From NCBI RefSeq assembly GCF_009914755.1, contig NC_060932.1: a stretch of 64,000 nt of DNA; one strand, given 5' to 3'. Shown here in pieces: positions 54,160 through 64,000 of this stretch. The position numbers and the translations under genes are program-made. The stretch is from the human T2T-CHM13v2.0 reference genome, Homo sapiens. A model generated the notes under the pieces. The model searched no databases. It saw only the letters and a program-made list of their open reading frames with translations, and had not been told where the DNA came from. The first letter of the stretch is position 1. Every line of letters starts with the position of its first letter.

Positions 54160-55112
54160 CCTTTATCACATCGAGGACGCCATGTGTCTGAAGTCTCAGA
54201 ATACGGTCCTTTATCACGTCAGGGGTGCCCTGCGTCTCAAGTCTCGCGAGGTGGTCCTTTATCACGTCGGGGACACCATGTGTCTGAAGTCTCGGGATGT
54301 GGTCCTTTATCACGTCGGGGGCGCCCTGCATCTCAAGTCTTGGTATGTGGTCCTTTATCACATCGGGGACACCGTGTGTCTCAAGTCTCAGGATGTGGTC
54401 CTTTATCATGTCAGGGACACCGTGTGTCTCAAGTCTCAGGATGTCCTTTATCACGTCGGGGGCGCCCTGCGTCTCAAGTCTCGGGATGTGGTCCTTTATC
54501 ACGTCGGGGACACCATGTGTCTGAAGTCTCGGGATGTGGTCCTTTATCACGTCGGGGGCGCCCTGCGTCTCAAGTCTCGGGATGTGGTCCTTTATCACAT
54601 CAGGGACACCGTGTGTCTCAAGTCTCAGGATGTGGTCCTTTATCATGTCAGGGACACCGTGTGTCTCAAGTCTCAGGATGTCCTTTATCACGTCGGGGGC
54701 GCCCTGCGTCTCAAGTCTCGGGATGTGGTCCTTTATCACGTCGGGGACACCATGTGTCTGAAGTCTCGGGATGTGGTCCTTTATCACGTCGGGGGCGCCC
54801 TGCGTCTCAAGTCTCGGGATGTGGTCCTTTATCACGTCGGGGACACCGTGTGTCTCAAGTCTCAGGATGTGGTCCTTTATCACGTCAGGGACACCGTGTG
54901 TCTGAAGTCTCGGGATGTGGTCCTTTATCACGTTGGGGACACGTTGTGTCTGAAGTCTCAGAATACGGTCCTTTATCATGTCGGGGACGCCGTGTGTCTG
55001 AAGTCTCAGGATATGGTCCTTTATCACGTCGGGTATGCCGTGTATATGAAGTCTCGGGATGTGGTCCTTTATCATGTCGGGGACACCGTGCATCTCAAGT
55101 CTTAGGATACGG
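54160..55112 (+). repeat. Minisatellite, 48-bp unit (45-bp variant), ~20 copies, with a 237-bp higher-order duplication
   Basis: ggtcctttatcacgtcggggacaccatgtgtctgaagtctcgggatgt; same variant series at 54297 and 54534. Confidence 0.97.
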
Positions 55113-58029
55113 TCAGTCCCACACTCTTCATGTGTCTGCACGGGTTGTCTCCGTGACTGCTGTGATTTCCTGGAGGGGTTTGCTGGAGGACCTGGCCGGC
55201 CGCTCTCAGGTGCCCACGTCTCACTCTGGTGACTTCTGTGTGCTGTAACCAAGGGGGAGTGAAGCAGAAGGAAGACCAGCATTTTCCTGCTACCTTTGAA
55301 TATTGGCCATCATGGCCCATTTTACCAAGCCCTTCAGGCAAGAGCAAGTCAGCTGACTTACATCCCAGGAGGGAAAGATGTGTCTCTAACTAAATCCTAG
55401 GGAGGCAAGGCCAGCGGATGTACACGAAGCCATGTGGCCATAGTCTGGCATGCTCCCTTTAAGGCTGAAGGCACCAGTGGTCCAGTGGTGGTCTTCTCTA
55501 TGGGTAGTTTTTTTTTTTGGGGGGGGGATCTTCTGTGAGTCAACTGGCTCTGTCGTCCATCTCTTTAGGAGTCAGCAGTAGCAATACCTGCCAGCAGTGA
55601 TGGAAACCTTCATATAAGGAAGCAGCTGATTTGGGTGTATAGTGAACTGTATTTTATGTTGCTGTGAAATTCATTCTGATTTTAAGGACAATGCTTTTGG
55701 TTAATTTGTGCCCAGTAACATAAAAATTTATAAACTTCTCAGTTTTTATGGCAAGGTCATTTTAAAAGGGAAAATGTCCCATAGTAGGGGAGGGAATCAA
55801 CCCACTCCATGGCGCCCGGTCCGTCTCGCTGGTGACAGGACGCCCTCCATAAAGAAGGGGATGTGTTCTTTTCCTGTGATGGATGAGCAGGGCCCTGAAT
55901 GTGCACCTTCAAGTTATTAGTTGAAAATGACGTGCACTCTCCAGGCTAGAATAAGTTTTAAAGTATTTTCTTTTTCATCCAAATTGATTAGTGAAGAAAG
56001 ATCCTGATCTACCTTCCCATTTGGACATAATTTTTGTTTGAAATCAGGAACTAGTTGAAACATTCAAGGTCAAGATCTTGATAAAAGATAAATGTCAGTA
56101 GTTATTACGTAGAACAAATGCTAAGACAAAAACAGGCCATTTGAAAACTGGCTTGCCATTAGTTTCTATGAAGAAGTTAAAACATTTCAGCTTTGTTTAC
56201 CTTCCTTTGCACAACGAGTGTCTATAATGTAGCCCAAGCCAGGAAATAGTGAAAACTGGTATTGATTTTGCAGATATGGTTTTAAGATAATTATCATATT
56301 CTAGTAATAGGCAACTCAACTTTTAAAAAGAAGTAATTGTGTTCTTGGAAAGGAAACAAAGCTAACATTTGTATATAAAATCATATTTTCTTATTGATGC
56401 ATTATAATTTCCGATGGCTGTTCCTGAACAAGAAAAAGTTAAGACTTGCATGAAAACTTGATATAAAATCTTAAATGCTTAGAGCTGCCTTTGTCAGTGG
56501 AAGCCAATGTCCTTTGCATGGTTCTTACTGTGCCGTAATTAAGCTGGAGAACAGCTGTCCGCCTCTGCAGGAGGACTGGTACTCACTACATCGCCATGCC
56601 AGGGCCGGTTCCCCGCTCCCCCACCCCAGCACTGAGGGTCCGTCAGGGAGCAACCTCCACCTGCTGCATGGTGCTGCGCCCCCACTGGTGTGCATGGGAA
56701 CTGGGAGAGGGGCCCCGGGCCTCCTAGTCCTGATTCCGCCCAGGCAGCTCCGAACATGGGTGAGACCACATGGCCCCTTCTGACACCCAGATGCAACCCT
56801 GTGAGGAGCTGGAGTCAGGTCAGCAGCACCCAGAGGCTCCTGGGTATGCAGAATCGCACTGCCATGGCCAGACCCTTCCTCGCAGGCCTCCAGTACCCCT
56901 TCCCACCCATGGGATTTCCCTGGCAAAAGCTGGGTGGGGGCCCTGATGGGGGGCAGGCAGGAGTGTAGCTGCACAGCCCAGCCTGGGGACCCTCTTCCAT
57001 GTGGCCGAGGGTGGTGTTCCTGCAATGCTTGGTCAGCTCTGCCTCCTGCTTTCCAATCTCCTAAGGCCCTGGACACCCACCTCCCAGTTCTGTCCCCCAA
57101 AACTCTCCTTCCTCCCCTCCTTCAGTGGAATGCATTTTCTTTTTGTTCGTCAAGTCCCAGCAGAACAGACATTAGAATGTTCCCAGTTTCCATTTTATTA
57201 GAACATTTCATAGATGTCATGTCGGATAACGGGCTTTTTCTATAATGGTTTATTTGACCTAAGGAACACATAATAGATTTTTGGAAGGAGATTCTAAATA
57301 TTGAGAATTAGATTGTTATTCAGAGTTAATACCCTAGGACAGACTTTTGGTATTGCTTCTGACATTTTCTTTGACTGAATGATGAAGTGAAATTTCTAAA
57401 TTCAAATGTGGGAATTAGCTTTACACGTGGGAATTTTTTTGAGCTCACACTGTTCATAGTGGAAGTGGATGGAGTCAGTGATTATGTCTTGTTTCAGTTG
57501 GAAGCAGAGTCCATTACCTGGACTGACTTAGCTCAATGTTGGTTTTCATTCTTCGAGGAACTTGCATGATGAAGAACCAGAAATGGAACCTTTTCCTTTC
57601 ACCTGCTGCGTGTGTAGAGTGGGCCACCTCTCATTTGTCTCCACAGCCTAGACCTTGCTCACATAATCCTGGCGCTTTGCAGAGGAAGGAGGTGGTAATT
57701 TTGCAGATTATTATCTAAACCAGATAAAATATCAAATGCCCATTTATCTGTTGGAAATACCTCATAGGAGATTGTGTTTGGAATTGGTTTTTCATTAACA
57801 AGCCAGTAAGGTCTTGTGTTTTTGCACAGTTGATTGAAACAATGGAAGCTGCTAGCACAACTTATCTTTCTGAAGAAGTTTCCAGGTACACCTTATGCTA
57901 AAAAGAATGTCAGTATTTCACTGTTGTTGCTTTTAATATCGTGGTATCAGTGAGCTAAGGACTTACTCATCTTCAACAAACTAAAGATTTTTAAAATATC
58001 TTAATTAATCACAAGCTACTTAACTACAT

Positions 58030-58418
58030 ATATGCACACACACCTATGCACACACAGACACATGCACACACATGCATGCACATGTGCACACTCAGATATC
58101 AGTTTTATACACACATACACACATGTGCCCACATATGCGCACACATGCACACACACATTCTCACATATGTGTGTACACTCAGATATCAGTTTTATACACA
58201 CATACACACATGTGCCCACATATGCACACACATGCACACACGCACTCATTCTCACATGTGTGCACAGTCAGATATCACAGTTTTATACACACATACACAC
58301 ATGTGCCCACATATGCACACACATACTCATATTCTCACATATGTGTGCACACATGTGCACTCTAAAATACTACACATTACCCACATATGGGCACACATAC
58401 GCCCACACACACATACAG
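58030..58418. repeat. CA-rich tract with ~87-89-bp higher-order repeat (3 copies)
   Basis: tcagatatcagttttatacacacatacacacatgtgcccacatatgc at ~58092, 58179, 58268. Confidence 0.88.
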
Positions 58419-58756
58419 AGTTCGGGCAGTGAAGAGTAGAGCCATTTTACTGGTAATCTGCAAGTCCAGTTTCACTTACGACATCAAATGGAGCTTAATG
58501 ATATAAACAAAACCTGCAAGAATGGGTGAGGCTTTTCCCATAGCTAGCCACCTGAGTGGTGTCATTTCAGGAACCTAAGAATAATTTCCTCTCAATTTCC
58601 TGCCGTAATGCTTGATTTTTGCCCTCAGAAATGAATTCCTAAGTGTCTTGAAGACTTTTTGTTTTTAGTTAAACTTTAAAAACACCTCAGAGATCTAAAC
58701 CCCAGGGAGCATCACGGGGCTCCTCTCCTCTGGGTCCAGCCACAGGCAGGGGCCTG

Positions 58757-59731
58757 CACAGTGAGCCCCAGGCGAGGGGCCCCTCAGTCTACACAGTGGG
58801 CCCCAGGCGAGGGGCCTCAGTCTACACAGTGAACCCCGGGCGAGGGGCCTCAGTCTGCATGGTGAGCCCCGGGCGAGGGGCCTCAGTCTACATAGTGAGC
58901 CCTGGAATGTGGGGCCTCAGTCTGCATGGTGATTCTGGGCAAGGGGTCTCAGTCTACACAGTGAGCCCTGGAATGAGGTACCTTAGTCTGCACAGTGAGC
59001 CCGGGCGAAGGGCCTCAGTCTACACAGTGAGCTCTGGAATGAGGGGTCTTAGTCTACACAGTGAGCCCTGGAATGAGGGGTCTCAGTCTGCACAGTGAGC
59101 CCTGGAATGAGGGGTCTCAGTCTACACAGTGAGCCCTAGAATGAGGAGTCTCAGTCTACACAGTGAGCCCTGGAATGGGGGGTCTCAGTCTGCACAGTGG
59201 ACCCTGGAATGAGGGGTCTCAGTCTGCACAGTGAGCCCTGGAATGAGGGGTCTCAGTCTACACAGTGAGCCCTAGAATGAGGAGTCTCAGTCTACACAGT
59301 GAGCCCTGGAATGAGGGGTCTCAGTCTACACAGTGAGCCCTGGAATGGGGGGTCTCAGTCTGCACAGTGGGCCCTGGAATGAGGGGTCTCAGTCTGCACA
59401 GTGAGCCCTGGAATGAGGAGTCTCAGTCTACACAGTGAGCCCTGGAATGAGGAGTCTCAGTCTACACAGTGAGCCCTGGACGAGGTTCCTCAGTCTGCAC
59501 AGTGGGCCCTGGAATGAGGGGTCTCAGTCTGCACAGTGAGCCCTGGAATGAGGAGTCTCAGTCTATAGAGTGAGCCCTGGAATGAGGAGTCTCAGTCTAC
59601 ACAGTGAGCCCTGGACGAGGGTCCTCAGTCTGCACAGTGGGCCCTGGAATGAGGGGTCTCAGTCTACACAGTGGGCCCTGGAATGAGAGTCCTCAGTCTG
59701 CACAGTGGGCCCTGGGCGAGGGTGTCAGTCT
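58757..59731 (+). repeat. Minisatellite, 33-34-bp unit, ~29 copies
   Basis: cacagtgagccctggaatgaggggtctcagtcta; period 34 (59057, 59091). Confidence 0.96.
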
Positions 59732-60341
59732 GAGGCACAGATGTGGAACCAGGAGTTGTGGATGGACGTTTTCCCAGGGCTTTGTGTTTTACCGAGGATG
59801 CTCTCTTGCCCTCTGCTCCACCTGGGCGTGTAGACGGATGTCTCGGCTCACTCTAAATTCAGGCTGGTTGCCTGAGTGGCTCAAGTCCAGGGGCATGGCT
59901 TTCACAGAAGATGTTTTATAGGCCCTGCAAACACATGCCAGGTCCTTCACATGCATGGCCCGTGTCGCAGGAAGACCAGACTCTGTTCCCCACTTGCAGA
60001 CTCAGCCAGGTGCAGCGGTATCCCCTTGCTAGGCTGTGTGATTTTCTCCTTGAAGTTCTGCCTTTTAATTTTCGTCCTCACTCAGGCCTGACATGTCTGA
60101 CACCCCTGCTGACTTCCATCTTTGACAGGCTTAAATCCCCATCCCTTCGCTCTTCCTGTAGTCCTGTCTGTTGCACGGATTACAGTTAAAATAGAAGACG
60201 AAGAACGCACTCTCGGAAGCCCGTCTGCCACACAGATACTGTACTGTGATAGAAAGCGCCCGCGGCAAATGCTTCTTGGACCCACAGGCTGCTGCGCGAG
60301 CGAGGATCTCCAGTAGTCTCTGTGTGGCTGCCTCTGCGGGA

Positions 60342-60710
60342 ACTTCCAGCGGCAGTGTGGACACCGTCTGACCAGCCCCCCACTTCAGCGGCAGTGTGGA
60401 CAACGTCCGACCAGCCCCCCCACTTCAGCGGCAGTGTAGACACCGTCCAACCAGCCCCCCACTTCAGCGGCAGTGTGGACACCGTCTGACCGGCCCCCCC
60501 GACTTCAGCGGCAGTGTGGACACCGTCCGACCAGCCCCCCACTTCAGCGGCAGTGTGGACACCGTCCGACCAGTCCCCCCTACTTCAGCGGCAGTGTGGA
60601 CACCGTCCGACCGGCCCCCCCACTTCAGCGGCAGTGTGGACACCCTCCGACCAGCCCCCCACTTCAGCGGCAGTGTGGACACCCTCTGACCAGCCCCCTA
60701 CTTTCCAGTG
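60342..60710 (+). repeat. Minisatellite, 39-41-bp unit, ~9 copies
   Basis: acttcagcggcagtgtggacaccgtccgaccagcccccc. Confidence 0.95.
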
Positions 60711-60854
60711 TTCCCCCGCCTCCACCCATCACGATAAGCACGCCAGGTTCTGCTGAGACCACTGTCCCATGAGTATGTGTCGTGTGCCTGGCGATTGCAT
60801 CTGTGTGTTCCTGTTTAACCTCTCTGCAAACAGAGGGGGTCCCTGCCAGTGTGG

Positions 60855-60950
60855 CTTCAGTTTTGCAGATGAGGAAGTTGAGACTGTGGACTAGGAAGGT
60901 GTTTCCCTTCTTCCTGCAGCTCACAGATGCTGGGGTCTCCATGCTTCCAG
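60855..60950 (-). mobile_element. MIR fragment
   Basis: cagttttgcagatgaggaagttgagact. Confidence 0.55.
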
Positions 60951-61470
60951 CCCTCCGGCCCCTGGGCACCTATGTTCTTTGTGGTCCATTATTATGTCTT
61001 TTCCCTGTTCCAGTTTTTGATCTAGTTACTGAAAGGCCTGTGCTGCTAATTCCTTTCATACGTATCAATAGTCAAGGGCTATGTGTATAGACTTTCAGCA
61101 TTTGAACTACGTTATTGGTGTGAAAAGTTAAGCATTTGTGAACTAAGTGCCCACCATGTACTGCCCTGTGCAGGATACAGTAGAGCTTTGAGCATCTCGT
61201 AGGTTGATAAGGAAAAGCCACAGGCACAGATTAAAGGACAAGAGGAGAGGGGAGAGCCTCACGCTTGTTTGTAGAGCCGGTGTCCTGACTCTCTAGGGAG
61301 AAAGATGGGAGGTGCTGCTGGACCAGCAGGAATCGGAATAGGAGGCAGATGAGCCAGCCTTTCCCAGGACGGGCAGCATCACAGGGTCTCTGTGGGGGCG
61401 TGATGGGGGTGGGTGATGATGTTGCCGCAGAGGTCTCCAGACAGCACTAGTGTGACCTGGCCCAGCAAAC

Positions 61471-62310
61471 GGACAGACGGCGCCTCCACTGTGTGTGTGA
61501 CCAGGACAGACGGTGCCTCCACTGTGTGTGTGACCAGGACAGACGCCTCCACTGTGTGAGACCAGGACAGACGATGCCTCCATTGTGTGTATGACCAGGA
61601 CAGACGACGCCTCCACTGTGTGTGTGACCAGGACAGACGGTGCCTCCACTGTGTGTGTGACCAGGACAGACGGCGCCTCCACTGTGTGTGTGACCAGGAC
61701 AGACGATGCCTCCACTGCGTGTGTGACCAGGACAGACGGTGCCTCCACTGTGTGTGTGACCAGGACAGACGACGCCTCCACTGTGTGTGTGACCAGGACA
61801 GACGGCGCCTCCACTGTGTGTGTGACCAGGACAGACGATGCCTCCACTGCGTGTGTGACCAGGACAGACGGTGCCTCCACTGTGTGTGTGACCAGGACAG
61901 ACGGCGCCTCCACTGTGTGTATGACCAGGACAGACGGTGCCTCCACTGTGTGTGTGACCAGGACAGACGGCGCCTCCACTGTGTGTGTGACCAGGACAGA
62001 CGCCTCCACTGTGTGTGTGACCAGGACAGACGATGCCTCCACTGTGTGTGTGACCAGGACAGACGGCGCCTCCACTGTGTGAGACCAGGACAGACGGCGC
62101 CTCCACTGTGTGTGACCAGGACAGACGATGCCTCCACTGTGTGTGTGACCAGGACAGACGCCTCCACTGTGTGTGACCAGGACAGACGATGCCTCCACTG
62201 TGTGTATGACCAGGACAGACGACGCCTCCACTGTGTGTGACCAGGACAGACGGCGCCTCCACTGTGTGTGTGACCGGGACAGATGACACCTCCACTGTGT
62301 GTGACCAGGA
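61471..62310 (+). repeat. Minisatellite, 28-33-bp unit, ~26 copies
   Basis: cctccactgtgtgtgtgaccaggacagacggtg; period 33 (61483, 61516). Confidence 0.96.
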
Positions 62311-62493
62311 GCCTTTTGGCTTGTGTTTCCTGTGGGGTTTCCATACCCAGGGCTGTAGAAGCAGGACGGGGACTGACTGAGCCTGCAAGGGGCCTGCCGT
62401 GGGCGGGTAGACTCGTCTGAGTGCAAGTGGCCACCTCACTCCTCTCCACGCTACTGGGTTCATCCCTGTCCCAGGCCTCCAGCTGCTTTAGTT

Positions 62494-62680
62494 CAGGGCA
62501 GGCAAACTGTGGCCTGCATCCTGCCACTGAGTTTGCAGAGAAAGTTTGATTGGACACAGCCACACCTATGGCTTTGTAGTGCTTGGGGCCACTTTCCTAG
62601 TTGTGGCAGAGAACAAGTGTACCCCACAACCTGAACTATTCCCACCCCATCCCTTTGTGGAAAGCGCTCACTGACCCCTG
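62494..62680 (+). mobile_element. MER58A-like hAT MITE
   Basis: cagggcaggcaaactgtggcc...aaagtttgattggacacagccacacc...ccctttgtggaaag...ctgacccctg. Confidence 0.7.
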
Positions 62681-62897
62681 CCCCTACAGGCCCTCCGTCC
62701 TCAGCTTGGCCCTGCTCAGTCAGCTGCATTGACCAAGACTCTCACATGACCCCTGCCCCTACAGGCCCTCCATCCTCATGCTTGGCCCTGCTCAGTCAGA
62801 TGCATTATCCTAGACTCTCACATGATCCCTGCCCCTATAGGCCCTCCGTCCTCAGCTTGTCCCTGCTCAATCAGATGCGTTATCCCAGACTCTGACA
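62672..62897 (+). repeat. Tandem repeat, 75-76-bp unit, 3 copies, starting in the MER58 terminus
   Basis: tgacccctgcccctacaggccctccgtcctcagcttggccctgctcagtcag... at 62672, 62747, 62823. Confidence 0.92.
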
Positions 62898-64000
62898 CCA
62901 TAGGACTTCCTTCTTTGAACACTGATTCCGGCTGATGTTCAGTGTGTGACTAAACTGAGCTGTGAAGAAACTCAATTGATTTGACCACAGCATGTTTTAC
63001 TGGGATTCTATTTTGCATTAGGTTGGGAAGTCCTCCTGCAAGCAAACCTGGTTTATTGTCTTATTAGTGAGTGCCCTAGCTCTTGGCTGCCCTATGAATG
63101 GCAGTCACTGCCAGGCTCAGCCAGGCCTGCCCTGCTGAAGTTGACCAGCAGTCCCAGTGGCTGAAGGCCTGGAGGCAGCAGTGACTCTGTCCTCCTGGGT
63201 CTGCCTGTGCTGGGCTTTAAGCACACATTGCTCTTGGCAGAAATTAAAGTTTATCTGTCCTCATAATTACGTTGAGGTCTCCTACATTAAGTAATCTGTG
63301 ATATTTAAACAAAGTTCATACTTTTTACATTTAATTGACTATTTTAGGTCATATTCCTTATCAACTGGAAATATTTTGTTAATTCAAAGGAAACACATTT
63401 CAGCAGTCACTTTAACTAAAAAGTCTTTGCTATTTGAGATTTTATCTTCTTGTCTGTTAAAAAACTGTTTGGCACCTTAATTTGCATGAATCGATTTCCA
63501 GTCGCTCAAATCCAGTTTGTGCAATGACAAGCTGGTGTGGCTGAAACGGCAGTTGCTCAAGAGCATTAGAACAGCCTTCACCATGTGGGTTTACATGGAC
63601 AGCACGGTCAGCAGACAGTGAGACGGGCGCTTGTCCACTCGTCTGACACCGTGGGGCCATAGGAGGCAGCGACTGAGAAGGTCAGTCCCATTAAAAATGC
63701 CCTTTGGCTCATCTGGAAGCTGTATCTCTGGTCATGCACCATGCCAGCCACGCCAGCCACGCCAGCATTATCACGGCATGTGCTTTAAAATCATGCAGAC
63801 GTTGTTCTAGAGTGAGTGTGAACAGCTTTCACACTTGGGCACTGTGCCGGTTCCCATGCTGGCTTTCCCACATGCACACAGGTGGCTGGCACGCAGCTCT
63901 GCACCTCTTACTGTTGGGAGCTCAGAAGCCTCTCTCTGTGGTGGTTTTTCATCTCGGGATAATTGAACCCAGCTGGGAAGTACCAGGACCAGAGAATCTC

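Noticed and set aside
60342-60710. REST/RE1-like motif in the 40-bp VNTR (ttcagc...ggacac)
   Set aside because: Left half-site lacks ACC and spacing is non-canonical; too weak.
61293-62563. 338-394-aa Cys/His-rich ORFs resembling metal-binding repeats
   Set aside because: Translations of the 33-bp VNTR containing (TG)n; unit lengths vary and shift frames.

Overview
Hominoid (probably human) non-coding DNA; an SVA retrotransposon and AluY/S/J elements are present. I find no supportable protein-coding exon, RNA gene or CRISPR array. The long ORFs come from minisatellites, SVA, Alu or CA-rich tracts. The window holds 12 Alus, an old ~5.8 kb L1M with nested insertions, other L1/L2/MIR/LTR/DNA-transposon fossils, and 11 minisatellites (33-76 bp units), a density typical of subtelomeric regions. 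The most notable feature is a minus-strand chimeric retro-insertion at 21325-22710 with a 15-bp TSD. It is an older-type SVA whose 5' end has been replaced, at the internal Alu-like splice acceptor, by a ~316-nt CpG-rich sequence resembling the first exon(s) of another gene. This looks like a retrotransposed exon-trapping event that planted an ectopic CpG island inside an L1 fossil. Other points are a near-perfect 70-bp palindrome fused to (TA)29, several templated-insertion scars, and VNTRs that multiply E-box, GATA, G-tract and RAG-heptamer motifs. Repeat subfamily names are from recall of consensus sequences, not from a search.
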